Source: Eledone cirrhosa
Lineage: Eukaryota
DNA length: 64,000 nucleotides
Reading direction: 5' to 3'
NCBI GenBank assembly: GCA_964016885.1
Contig: OZ024746.1
Span: 7,812,001-7,876,000 of the forward strand
Part shown: positions 27,093 to 39,826 of the stretch, one piece after another
Layout: each line of letters opens with the position of its first letter
How positions within the stretch are numbered: position 1 is the first letter of the stretch
Made by a program: the position numbers and the translations under genes
Notes under the pieces: generated by a model
Told to the model about the DNA's origin: nothing
Databases searched by the model: none
The model's input: the letters and a program-made list of their open reading frames with translations, nothing else

Positions 27093-27930
27093 TCATAGAA
27101 CACTAGCAAATTCAGCATCTGATATCTTTTTAGCCTTAATTCTCCTGCTCTGAGCCGGTGTTACAGTGAAGCCTGAGCCCAGTGTAAGGCACATACAATA
27201 ATCCACTGTGATGATGAAAAAATAGGGAGCCAATGTATTGCCCTGGAGCACTCCAGCCAGTATCTCAAAGAACTCCATCATCCTGTTAGGGCTTTGGGGT
27301 CGGTGTAGAGCAGTGATATCAGGTTCAGTATCTTCTTGGTGATTCCGAAAGCCTGTCATCAGGCAGACTCGGTTCACAGAATCAAAGGCCTTCCTGAAGT
27401 CAATGAAAACCAAGACAGCAGGAAGGCTCTTTGCTCTCTCCAGATTTCTCCTCAGCATCAGGATGTTCTTCCCTTGGTTGATCTTCCCTTTCTGAAGCTG
27501 TTCTCATTGTCCCTGAGCTTCTTCCAATCTCGGGCTGGATCTGATTAAGAATCATCTTTGCCACAAGTGACATCAGTGAGACCCTCCCCCCCCCCTGTAG
27601 TTGATGGTGTCAGAGAGATCTCCCTTCTTTGGTACTAGGACAATGTTACTGATCCTCTACTGATCCAGGGAAACTCCTTCCTCAAGTGCCTGGTTACAGA
27701 ACTCCAGGATGATATCAAAATCACACCTCTTCATCACCTCTGATGCCACTCCATCTTCTGCATGGGCTTTACCCTACTTGGCTTTCTGAAGGGTCCTGTC
27801 TCAATATCCAGTTCCTCGAACAGCTGTCCGATCTCCCCAGTGTTCTGGGCTGTGGAAGGGGACTATCCTAGTAGGGTCTTAAAATGGTCCAACCATGTCC
27901 TGTGATCTTGATGATTGTCCAGCTCTTTTT
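27093..27930 (-). pseudogene. Frameshifted RTE-like reverse transcriptase fragment
   Basis: VPKKGDLSDTINYRG, FIDFRKAFDSVNR, GVLQGNTLAPYFFII and ISDAEFA. Confidence 0.85.
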
Positions 27931-28286
27931 ACACATACACCTGTCCAACCACTTTCTCTACAATCCTCATCTTCTCCATCTTTGACTTCACTGTAAGTAG
28001 CATAGATTGTTATTTATAAAGTATTTCAGCTCTGTAATATACTTGTTATTTTACATTGAGCTATTCTCATACATGTAATTGGATATTTAATATTATCCAC
28101 ATTTTATATATATGTATATATATATATATATATATATGCACACACACGCATACACACACACGCTCACACATATGTACACATATATACATACACATATGTA
28201 TATGTGTATATATATATATATATGCACACATACGCATACATGCATACACACACGCTCACACATATGTACACATATATATATACACA

Positions 28287-28338
<52 letters not shown>

Positions 28339-28342
28339 AACG

Positions 28343-28380
<38 letters not shown>

Positions 28381-28414
28381 CACATACATATATACATACA
28401 CATATGTATATGTG

Positions 28415-28445
<31 letters not shown>

Positions 28446-28564
28446 ATTCATTCATTGAAATAAACAGCAAATACGTTTTCCATTAAATACTGATTTACGA
28501 ACGTTTTGTCCCCTTCCTGGGACTTGTCAATCATTTATTTAAGATTAAAAAACCTCATTATAAC

Positions 28565-28635
28565 TGTTTCTACTTTAGGCACAAGGCCAGCAATTATCCA
28601 GTTCATTACTGGTACTTTATTTTATCGACCCCGTC
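28565..28635 (-). mobile_element. SINE A 3' fragment flanked by ~73-bp direct repeats
   Basis: GATTTACGAACG...CCTCATTATAAC at 28492-28564 and 28636-28711. Confidence 0.8.
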
Positions 28636-28996
28636 GATTTACGAACGTTTTGTCCCCTTCCTGGGACTTGTCAAAATCATTTATTTAAGATTAAAAAAAC
28701 CTCATTATAACCTCACCAAAAACCTCGACAGCCAATAGCCAAAGAAAATCTTTACATTTAAAAAATCCGAAATGACGCCATAATACATAGAAAATCTATG
28801 TTGTCCAACTTTCTTTCAAAGAAGTATGAACCAGCCTTCAGTACTGCTTATTACTGAGCTGCTTTTAACTTCTCCACCTATGTTTCTAATTTTTTATATT
28901 GTTTTTGTAAAAAACGATATCTATTTCATATATATATATATATACACATATACAATTAACAACAAAGAGCGCTTAGAACATAGGTATATCTTTAAT

Positions 28997-29042
28997 TGCT
29001 AACAGTGTTTCGTCCACACTAGAAGTAGGACTCTTCAGAGCA
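28997..29042 (-). ncRNA. Hammerhead ribozyme (mirror copy)
   Basis: Reverse complement reads TGCT-CTGAAGA-GTCC...GGAC-GAAAC-ACT-GTT-AGCA. Confidence 0.75.
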
Positions 29043-31901
29043 TAAAGAGTAAATACATAGTGTACAAGCATTGACAAAGCCAAAACAGAAGAATATATGT
29101 GGGGATACCATAAGTTGGGAGGAGTTTGAAGAGTAAAGTAAAAGGAGTAAAATAAGAAAAGAGTAAAATAAAAATAAAAATAAAAATAAGAAATGTTATC
29201 ACTCACAGTTGGGCAGGGTTCCGTTAACATACAGCTACATACAAGTATACGCATAAGCATGAGCACCCGCATGCACCTACACACAAGCACCCGTATGCAA
29301 CACATACAGTATACACTAATACAAATAACATATCATAGACGGATGGGCACAAGTTAAGAGATAGAGATAGATAAAAAATAGATAAAAAAATAGATAAAAA
29401 ATAGATAAGAAATAGATAAAAAATAGATAAAAAATAGATAAAAAATAAAATAAAATAAAATAAAATAAAATAAAGTAAAATATACACCAAAAGATAAATA
29501 AAACAATACACCAAAAAAAAATGAGTAAAATATACACCATAAAGGAAGGTGTGGGTAAAGATAAGACTGGCAAATGCATAAGCTATCAAGCTATGTTCAA
29601 CAAGTGATATACGTACAATATATAAAATATACAAAAATATATACAAAAATATATATAAAAAATATATATAAAAGAGACGTATATATAAGGATATATATAT
29701 ATATCAGTCCAAGTAATGCATATTTATAAAAATGTAATTGGGGGTAAAAAGATGTAATAAGGGTAATCAAGATGGTAATTATTAGGGCATGTAATAATAA
29801 TATTATTATAGAAATCCTAAGGTGACACTAGTGTTGACCCTTGGTGATATATGGAATATATCAGGAGCACACGAACGCCTTAGGTGTTGCAGTTAGCCGC
29901 AGTTCAACAATAGAGTGTTCGAATGAGATTTTTTATGAACAGATGCTATGTCCGCACTAGATTGAGTGGACCATTACAATGCAATGGAAACATCCCAGGT
30001 TGGACAGTCCCAAAAGTTCACACTCCAAAGTTCAATCCACAGGTGTGCATTCATAGAGTTGAGCGGTTGGGCAATCCCAAAAAGGTTTGTTTATACTTGA
30101 ATCTGGTGACTATATGTGTGAATACGCATCTCCTCATAAGGTTTTATTTTGAATATTAATCGTGATTACTCTGGCTAATTTACTGTGAAACTACATTATC
30201 TGTGACCAGTGAGAGCAACTGTTATGGGTTTTTGACTTTTGTTAGCTGGGTAAGATATTTTGTGTAATATATCCGCGTAGATTTGGGTGTCCGGTGCGGT
30301 GTGTGTGTGTATGTATATATTTATGTGTATATACGTGTATGTGTATATATATATATATATATATACTGTCTCTGTATATATGTGTATGTATACTGTCTCT
30401 GTATATACATGTTTGTGTGTATGTGTGTATGTATAAGTATACATATACTGTCTCTGGACTAACCCTAATGTTGCGTACATTCTTGCGATGCCGGATTGTT
30501 GCTCAATGTTGTGATTTTGTGGTTATCGGCTTTGGAAGATATTTGTTATGCACGTTGTTGAGTTTTCTTATATTAAATGGTATGCATAATAACCTGCTTC
30601 ACCTGACTGTGTTTTACCACCTGCACTTGCCTGCTTCTGCTCACTAATATGCGCCTCAGTTATTTGCCTCTTGATGTTCGTGCTGCTGTATATGAATTTG
30701 CCTGCAACCTTCCCAACATATGCTCCTGCTTGTGATACGGATACACCTTGTTAACCAATTAATTCTTGCCTGAGTGCTCATCTCTATGAATGCACATCTG
30801 TGTATTGAACTTTGGAGTGTGAACTTTTTGGGATTGCCCAACCGCTCAACTCTATGAATGCACACCTGTGGATTGAACTTTGGAGTGTGAACTTTTGGGA
30901 CTGTCCAACCTGGGATGTTTCCATTGCATTGTAATGGTCCACTCAATCTAGTGCGGACATAGCATCTGTTCATAAAAAATCTCATTCGAACACTCTATTG
31001 TTGAACTGCGGCTAACTGCAACACCTAAGGCATTCGTGTGCTCCTGATATATTCCATATATCACCATGAGTCAACACTAGTGTCACCTTAGGATTTCTAT
31101 AATAATATTATTATTACATGCCCTAATAATTACCATCTTGATTACCCTTATTACATCTTTTTACCCCCAATTACATTTTTATAAATATGCATTACTTGGA
31201 CTGATATGTGTATATATATATATATATATATCCTTATATATACGTCTCTTTTATATATATTTTTTATATATATTTTTGTATATATTTTTGTATATTTTAT
31301 ATATTGTACGTATATCACTTGTTGAACATAGCTTGATAGCTTATGCATTTGCCAGTCTTATCTTTACCCACACCTTCCTTTATGGTGTATATTTTACTCC
31401 ATTTTTTTTTGGTGTATTGTTTTATTTATCTTTTGGTGTATATTTTACTTTATTTTATTTTATTTTATTTTTTATCTATTTTTTATCTATTTTTTATCTA
31501 TTTTTTATCTATTTTTTATCTATTTCTTATCTATTTTTATCTATTTTTTATCTATTTTTATCTATCTCTATCTCTTAACTTGTGCCCATCCGTCTATGAT
31601 ATGTTATTTGTATTAGTGTATACTGTATGTGTTGCATACGGGTGCTTGTGTGTAGGTGCATGCGGGTGCTCATGCTTATGCGTATACTTGTATGTAGCTG
31701 TATGTTAACGGAACCCTGCCCAACTGTGAGTGATAACATTTCTTATTTTTATTTTTATTTTTATTTTTATTTTTATTTTACTCTTTTCTTATTTTACTCC
31801 TTTTACTTTACTCTTTAAACTCCTCCCAACTTATGGTATCCCCACATATATTCTTCTGTTTTGGCTTTGTCAATGCTTGTACACTATGTATTTACTCTTT
31901 A

Positions 31902-31947
31902 TGCTCTGAAGAGTCCCACTTCTAGTGTGGACGAAACACTGTTAGCA
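31902..31947 (+). ncRNA. Minimal type-I hammerhead ribozyme
   Basis: TGCT-CTGAAGA-GTCC(CACTTCTAGTGT)GGAC-GAAAC-ACT-GTT-AGCA. Intact core with a GUU triplet. Confidence 0.8.
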
Positions 31948-32089
31948 ATTAAAGATATACCTATGTTCTAAGCGCTCTTTGTTGTTAATTGTATTACGGC
32001 TCTGTCCTCTGACATTGAGCTAACCATATACTGCCTATTTGATAAGTGGAGTGTTACACACTCCCAATTGTCTCCCTTATATATTATAC

Positions 32090-32124
<35 letters not shown>

Positions 32125-32146
32125 CATGTATGTATGTATGTATATA

Positions 32147-32179
<33 letters not shown>

Positions 32180-32554
32180 TTGTATATATATAGATGAAAG
32201 AGGAAGAATGACAAAGAGAAGAGGTCAACTGATAACCAAAGAAAATCTGTATTTAACCTGGTAAACTTTGCTTCCATTTGTTGCATCAATAGTAAAACTA
32301 TTTTTGTCCCCCTAGTATTTATTTCAGAATGAAACTACTACATACTGTTGACTAACTGTATGACAGATACACGTGGTGAATTGGTAGAGCACCACACATA
32401 CAGCTGGTGGGTTGGTAGAGCACCACACATACAGCTGGTGGGTTGGTAGGATTGGTAGAGCACCACACAATAATTGCTTTGTTGTATTTATTTATGGCTC
32501 TTTATATTCTGAGTTTGATCTTTGATTGATTTTTTTTGTCTTATCACTTTCTGG

Positions 32555-33017
32555 GGTGTTGGTGTTGGTGTGGTGGTGGTGTTGGTTGTGGTGGTGGTGT
32601 TCGTTTTGGTGGTGTTCGTTGTGGTGGTTTTGGTGGTGTTGGTTGTGTTGGTTGTGGTGGTAGTGGTGGTGTTGGTAGTTGTGGTGGTAGTGGTCGTGTT
32701 TGTGGTGGTGGTTGTGGATAATGGTTGTGGATAGTGGTGGTGGTGGTGGTTGTGGATAGTGGTGTTGGTTGTGGTGTTCGTTGTGGTGGTTTTGGTGTTT
32801 TTGGTAGTGGTGGTGGTGGTGGTGGTGGTTGTGGATAGTGGTGGTGTTGGTGGTTGTGGGTGGTGGTTGTGGATAGTGGTGGTGGTGGTAGTGGTGGTGT
32901 TGGTGTTGGTGGTGGTGTTGGGTGGTGTTGGTGGTGGTGTTGGTTGTGGATAGTGGTTGTGGTGGCGGTGTTGTTGGTGTTGGTGTTGGTGTTGGTTGTG
33001 GATAGTGGTCGTGGTGG
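32555..33017. repeat. (GGT/GTT)n low-complexity tract
   Basis: Direct reading. Confidence 0.9.
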
Positions 33018-33049
33018 TTCTTCTTCTTCTCCTCCTTCCCCTTCTTGGA

Positions 33050-33180
33050 GCCACTCTCATCTCCAAGCAACGTACTCTATCAAGTAACATTAGTCCAAAG
33101 ACCCTTTGGAGAAACCTCATTTTATCCGCTTGTATTTGCTGTCATATTCTTTCGGTCATTACCCAAGATTCATAAACATA
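33050..33180 (-). pseudogene. RTE-clade C-terminal fragment
   Basis: ESWVMTERI*QQIQADKMRFLQRVFGLMLLDRVR. Confidence 0.7.
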
Positions 33181-33557
33181 GGTAAGGGAGACACTCAACT
33201 TTCTAAAAATAGTAGCTAGATCTACCTCGAATCACATCCTACCATCTTATTAAATATGTCACCTATGAAGTATTTTGTTGAACAAAAAAACAGGTAGCTC
33301 CTGGCTAAAATACCTTTAGATATTCCTTATTGATCAAAGTGGATCCTGTGGCTTCTACAACAATAATATATTGTGCAGCACAAAGCTGAGGACTCGGGCA
33401 ACAATGAAAGTCCCCCAACATTCTCTGTGATTTACTTTCACCTCTTTTTCTATCTGTTATACTTTCATTGTATTATATTTTATCAGCTTTGAATTTTACT
33501 CCAGAACTGTGAACTCGTGATTCATTCATCATTTATACAAAGAAACATACACACACA

Positions 33558-33589
<32 letters not shown>

Positions 33590-33719
33590 CACACACGCGC
33601 GCGCACGCACACGCACACGCACACGCACACACACTTAGATTCATACATACATATATACATACTACCCTTTTTAAAGATGGTAGGGTATGATTTGAGAGAT
33701 TTAGCTACTATCTCTCTCT

Positions 33720-33749
<30 letters not shown>

Positions 33750-33755
<6 letters not shown>

Positions 33756-33996
33756 TAAACGGAATAGAAAATGCTGACAAATTGTTCACAGTTGAAAAAT
33801 GGTTTAATTAGGAATAAAAGAGTATTAGTGATTGTATGGGTTAGTATTCAGTTGTGGAAGAATACTAACCCATACAATCACTAATACTCTTTTATTCCTA
33901 ATTAAACCATTTTTCAACTGTGAACAATTTGTCAGCATTTTCTATTCCGTTTACCAATATATAATAACTTGTGTGTTACACCTCTATTCTTTTAAC
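33750..33996 (+). mobile_element. Fold-back insertion in (TA)n with no hammerhead retained
   Basis: ~100-bp arms at 33750-33849 and 33860-33960, then a tail with GTGTGTTACAC. Confidence 0.75.
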
Positions 33997-34650
33997 TATA
34001 TATATATATATATATAACCAAAACAATAATAATTTCAAATAGTTTATTCTGTTTCATGTAAGTGTTGAAACACTCGCTTAAGGGGATGTTTCTTCTCTGA
34101 AGACCTGCTGTCCAGCTCTCCTGAGAGTTCTTTACCACTATTCAAGTTAAATATCTTTTGTAGACTTTATGAGGTGCACCATAATCATTTAAGTGTTTAG
34201 GACCTCAATGGACTTAATCCAGATCTGACTGGAGTGTCTTGGATCAAGGTAGCCTAGTATCTAAACAACAACAGCAGCAGTAGTGGCATGCTTCACATCC
34301 ATATCAGGTAACACGTCCATTATAAACGAGATGGGACCATTAGAAAACTAACAGAAAGCAGGTTTCTGTTAAATCTAATTTATTAAATTTTAAATTATAA
34401 ATTCAACTCAATTAGCCTTTATTTTTAAGTTTCTGATTGCCAATTAGAAATACCTCATGGTTTTAGTTATTAGAATTTAAAATCTTTCACTACCAGACCA
34501 TTTTATTCAAGACTTTATTTGCTGCCAACAGTTTTTAACTCTTTCATTACTATATTTCCACTGAAATACACTGCCTATAATTCTCAAATAATTATAAAAA
34601 TAATCAAGAATTTGGAGAGATTTAGTAATAAAACTTACACTTCTTTTTAA

Positions 34651-34945
34651 CCCTTTATCCTTTAAACCAACCATATCTGGCCAGAATTCACTCACCTCTT
34701 TCACTCAGTTCAAACTGGCTGTAACTGGCTGCTCATACTGATGTTAAGGTATTGTTCTCAAAATAAATATGAAAATCTCATAGATTCGATATTATGTGAG
34801 ATAATATGTGAGGTAAAGCCTTTACCGTGAAAATACAATAGTATATATAAGGAGTAATGTAAATGTTATGTGAGATATTATGTGAGGTAAAGCCTTTACC
34901 GTGAAAATACAATAGTAAATATAGAGTAATGTAGATGCTAAAGGG
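34651..34945. mobile_element. piggyBac-type MITE with an internal ~75-bp tandem duplication
   Basis: TTAA|CCCTTTA ... TAAAGGG|TTAA, with the duplicated block at 34793-34935. Confidence 0.65.
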
Positions 34946-36194
34946 TTAACAAAATTTTTGTACATAAAATTACAATAAAGGTTTTAAATGAATATTGATT
35001 GATTGAGGGATTTTCTTCCAAAAATGAATGTTCCAGATGTTTGATCAATGGATCAGCCTGCTTAGGAAATTAACGTTTAAGTGGCTGAGCATTCCACTAG
35101 CACGTGTACCCCATAATGTAATTCTCTGGAATGTTCAGCAGGACAAGCAATGTGTACAATCTATCAGATGGGCTTCCAAACAGTTTCTGTCTATTCAATT
35201 TCATTAACAAAGCCTGAGTTGATCTGATGCTATGGTAAAAGAGACTTGCCCAAGATGCCACACAGTAGAAAATTGGTGCTGCATGACTGTAAAATGTATT
35301 TTGTAACCATGTATCATAACAATGCCTGTGTCTATTATAATTTCCCATGTTCACCAGCAAAGCTATCATCACAGCTGCCATTATTGCCATTATTATCTCA
35401 ATCATCAGTGTTTTATTTATCTCATTTTGTTATTGAACTGCAAATGGTAACTTTCAATAATTATTGTTGTCCTTTTATAAATATATACTAATAGACCAGC
35501 GCTGTCAATAATGATTGCGATAGCATTGAACATAATTACTTTTTATAGTCCATGATTAATATATCACATATACTATGATTACCGGATATATGAACAACCA
35601 TACAAACTAGGAAATATGTGTTGTGATAAATTAATGTTTTGCATAAAAGAAACCCTATAGTTTAGATTGATTACCATCACATGGAAGGGATTAAAGATAA
35701 CGATGATATTTTAATAATTTATTTCTAGGATATAATTATATAAATGTCTAACATGTATGTACAAATGACATACAGGATTAAATGTATGAGAAACTTAGGA
35801 GAAATAACTATTTATAGGGACAAATATAGGGTTAGAACCAAGGACCTTGTGACTAGAAAGGGATTCTTATTGTAGCAAGATGATTGAGATAGGATTTGCA
35901 TTGAGTGTATGTCTGTATGTGCAAATGTTGAAGTATTAGTCATTAAAGTGTTGGACAAAAGCTTAGCAGTATTTGTTTTAGCTCTTTACATTCAGAGCTG
36001 AACTCCTGCTGAGGTCATCCTTACCTTTCATCTTTTTGAGGTCAATAAAATAAAGTACCAGTCACATACTGGGGTTGGTATAATCCTGTCCCCACCAACC
36101 CCACCAAAAATATTGTTGGTCTTTTGCATATATTAGAAAGCACTATTAAATTGGTGATTGGAGCATAACTTAACAAAGGTTCTTACATAAAATA

Positions 36195-36324
36195 TAATTG
36201 TTTCTACTTTTGGCACAAGGCCAGCAATTACCCAGTGTATTACTGGTACTTTATTTTATCGACCCCGTAAGGATGAAAGGCATAGTTAAGCTCAGTGGGA
36301 TTTGAACTCAGAATGGCAAGGACC
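36195..36324 (-). mobile_element. 5'-truncated SINE A inside a MITE-like repeat
   Basis: Family A 3' end and core on the minus strand. Confidence 0.8.
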
Positions 36325-36549
36325 AATGAAAGCTTTTTAGATAACATATAAACACTTTAAAACAAACAGTTCTTTATCATGGCCAGTTTCAGGCAGTTTC
36401 TTATCAAAAAGATTAACATGTTTTTACATGACCTGAGTTGTATATATGTATAGTATGGTTATACATTATCATAGTAAATACTGCAACTTGTCTTAATCTT
36501 TCATCATCTTGTTGTTGGGTTGTTTGACCAGCTAGAGGGTTAACTGAAA

Positions 36550-36741
36550 AGTCACTACCATGTAAAATTGCTGTTCGTATACACGCATCATACAGTCAGC
36601 CTTTCATTTTGGCAGTATCTCCCTAAACTTCTTCCATCCCGTTCTTACCCTAGTTATTGTACTTTCCGAACACCCACCTCTACTGCTAATTTGGTCACCT
36701 AGGTAGCAGAAGCTGTCTAATTTTCTACAGAGCCCTCCCAT
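36550..36741 (-). pseudogene. RTE fragment, same family as 57173-57980
   Basis: [33 protein letters not shown]. Confidence 0.85.
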
Positions 36742-36743
36742 GA

Positions 36744-37020
36744 TATATGTATATATACATAAATATATGTATATATACATAAATATATGTATATATACAA
36801 AAATATATGTATATATACATAAATATATGTATATATACATAAATATATGTATATATACATAAATATATGTATATATATACATAAATATATGTATATATAT
36901 ACATAAATATATGTATATATATACATAAATATATGTATATATATACATAAATATATGTATATATATATACATAAATATATGTATATATATACATAGATAT
37001 ATCTATGTATATATATACAT
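36744..37020. repeat. 20-22-bp AT-rich minisatellite (ACATAAATATATGTATATAT)
   Basis: Direct reading. Confidence 0.9.
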
Positions 37021-37021
37021 A

Positions 37022-37800
37022 TTGTTATACTTGGGGAGGGTCATATTTGTGTAATATTGCCAGAATTAATAACAGAACACACTCACTGTTTGGTTGGTTT
37101 TCGCTTTTCGCTGTCTTTTATATCGGTAATCTAACTTACTCGGTCCTCAATGTTGCCATTGACTGACCGACGGTCAAAAATAATACAGATACAATATAGA
37201 CACAAACACATATATATAGTTTATCATAAATCTTTCGTTGCACATCTGCAACATCATCAGTGGTGTTATATTTTCCTCCTGTTGTGTTGTATGTCTACGC
37301 CATTTTTATTCAGTCTGTCTATATATTTATTTATTTATTTGCTTGTTTGTTTATTTTATTTCGTCTTCTTTGCGCATGCGTTTGCGTGTGTGTATAGTGT
37401 TATGTTTGCTGTGTGATGGGTGACTAGTGTCTGTTTATGTGCTTGTTGTTATTGTGCTTGTGTATTTATTTATTTATTTATTTATCTTATTTTATTTACT
37501 TATTTATACTTCTCTTAGGTCAGTGTTGTTTGTTTGGGTGTTGTTGTTATTCCATTCATTCTTTCTGTTTAGCTTTGGTCTTCTAATTTCTATTTCACTG
37601 GCCTCTCTGATTTGCCTATCTGCTGGGTCATTTCTATGTTTAGATATTATTCTAATTTCTATGTTGTCTATGTTACCGTCATGTTGTTGTCTAGCATGTT
37701 CGTATAGTACTGACCCGTTTTTTCGTCCTTTTAGTTCCCCCCAGTGTTGGTCTATCCTTTCACCTATGCTACGAGCTGTCTCACCTATGTATGTTGTCAT
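37022..37800 (-). mobile_element. 5'-truncated Penelope-like element: GIY-YIG C-terminus, 3' UTR/pLTR with hammerhead
   Basis: ORF 37504-37800 reads YIGETARSIGERIDQH...LYEH...RQIREASEI...PKLNR. Bounded by TA-rich tracts. Confidence 0.9.
37223..37264 (-). ncRNA. Hammerhead ribozyme-like motif in the PLE pLTR
   Basis: ACCA-CTGATGA-T-GTTGCA(GATG)TGCAAC-GAAA-GATT-TA-TGAT. Confidence 0.65.
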
Positions 37801-37822
37801 ATATATGTATATATATATATAT

Positions 37823-38393
37823 ATAAAATTGAAAAAGTGCAGAATAACATGGTCAACAGTACAAACAAGGAAATTTATTTACAGTCTAACAATTGTTTCT
37901 ATGATAGAGATGTCTAGAAATTGCTAAACATTGAAGGCATTGAAGGCAACCTCCATCATTTCGTCAGAGACTAAGAGAAAATACAAAATATATGCGTAAC
38001 GGTAAATTTATAAATTCAAATTGAATTTATAAATTTACCGTTACGCATATATTTTGTATTTTCTCTTAGTCTCTGACGAAATGATGGAGGTTGCATGTAT
38101 TTAAATTGAGTGCCGCTGCCTTCAATGTTTAGCAATTTCTAGACGTCTCTATCATAGAAACAATTGTTAGACTGTAAATAAATTTCCTTGTTTGTACTGT
38201 TGACCATGTTATTCTTCACTTTTTCAATTTTATCACTCCAAGATATACTTACACAGGAATACAAGTGAAGTCATTAACTCGCCATCCACGTAAACCTCTT
38301 GGTGAGTCACACAACGCCGTATGCTTAAACTATCCATGATAAGTAGTTTTCACAACCTCTTATCGGATTACCTTTAACGATATATTGTTATCC
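37823..38393 (+). mobile_element. Fold-back PLE-pLTR-like insertion in (TA)n
   Basis: Arms 37823-38019 and 38021-38233 around a 1-nt apex, then a ~160-nt tail. Confidence 0.8.
38068..38173 (+). ncRNA. Hammerhead ribozyme with enlarged stem-II loop
   Basis: AGTCT-CTGACGA-A-ATGATGGAG(~57 nt)CTCTATCAT-A-GAAAC-AATT-GTT-AGACT. Confidence 0.65.
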
Positions 38394-39671
38394 TATATAT
38401 ATATATATATATATATATCAGGACTATACCAGTTTTAAACAAGTAAGACCATTATTCAGTAGAGTATCAATGTAGTAGAGAGTCAGGGCCCAATGGCTGA
38501 GCTCTTGCCATCTCAACAGCAAATTCCAGTTGGCAGGCTCATAAATGTGAAGAAAATGAAAGAAAGAGCAAGGACTATGAGGCAGTGGGAGAAAGAAGGG
38601 GGGAAGGGGAGAGAATGACATAGTCTATGCCTAGGTCGGGGCAGTGTATTGGCTGCAACCCGCAGACATAACTGCAAAGACATATCCAGGGGTAATGGTC
38701 AGCGACCCCTGCAATTGTCAGTTAATTACATCAATTGACTTTCAGTGAGATAACAACACTTGATTGAACATGTTGTTTACAAGAGTTGTTTATATTGAAG
38801 AAACTTAATGAGGACACTTTTTCCAATCCTTTGTTTAAAAATAAAAATGGTTTTGTATTTTGTTATGTCCAAAGAAGATGCTCTCATGTGTACATAACTT
38901 CCACACAGATAACATAAACAGTAAACTACATAATAATATGTGATGTCTTGTTAAAGTATTTCCTGTGAAAGTTGATTCTCTAAGTGAAGCTGCACTGTAT
39001 GGAAAAGGATTGTCTTGTTAAAGTGAACTTCTTAAATTGAGGATGTTACACTAGAGGAAGACCAGATAAAGGTCGGAAACAAGTGAGGACATTCTTTAAT
39101 TGCTGCCAATCCTTATAATATAAAATATATACTTCCATTTCAGTCAAGTTGCACTTTTTCTTTTGTCCGGAAATATCTGTGGCTAAATTGAACAGTGTCT
39201 CTTGTTTACTTATCATGGAAATTCAAAATATCCATTTTGAGGGGGTTAGAAATTGAGATGTGTATTGCTCTCAACTTCAAAGTCATTGACATGAAATACT
39301 AGCTGTTAATTTAAACAATACACTATTTCTGATTTTTATCTCCTTGGAATATGTCAACATCTGTTAAACACATGTTTGTTATATTTTTTAAAACTTGATA
39401 ACAAACAGAAGTTTCATTTCATATTTGTGCATTGTTGATCTTTGAATAAGTTGTCATAAAGTATTCATTACCCAAGAACAGTGAATTGTTTACATTAGAT
39501 AAGGTCTTGTATTTTAATCCTTTCATTGCCATATTTCTAATGAAATTAAAATAATCTAAGGATTTTGAAAATTATCAATAATTTGAAGGGATTTATTAAA
39601 GTACTTAATTTTCTTATTATTAAGCTGATGTTTGAAATTTAACTTAACAAATGTTCTTACATTAAATTATG

Positions 39672-39826
39672 TCGGACGCCATGCTTTCCAGCATAGTTAC
39701 GTCCCTTTACGATCTGAGTTCAAATCCCGCCGAGGTTGACTTTGCCTTTCATTCTTACGGGGTCGATAAAATAAAGTACCAGTAATGCACTGGGTAATTG
39801 CTGGCCTTGTGCCTAAAGTAGAAACA
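39672..39826 (+). mobile_element. 5'-truncated SINE A with 11-bp TSD
   Basis: ATTAAATTATG at 39661-39671 and 39827-39837. Confidence 0.85.

Larger units (their letters stand above)
28950..32076. mobile_element. 3.1-kb non-coding fold-back element with ~1.15-kb inverted arms and terminal hammerheads
   Basis: 28950-30084 is the reverse complement of 30824-31994. ~740-bp spacer, ~80-nt tail with GAGTGTTACAC, TA tracts outside. Confidence 0.85.

Noticed and set aside
29923-30985. Twin ORFs MRFFMNRCYV...
   Set aside because: The shared N-terminus only reflects the inverted repeat, and they diverge exactly at the breakpoint.
24547-33175. Pro/Ser-, Met/Val- and Thr/His-rich ORFs
   Set aside because: Trinucleotide low-complexity tracts that are open in several frames.
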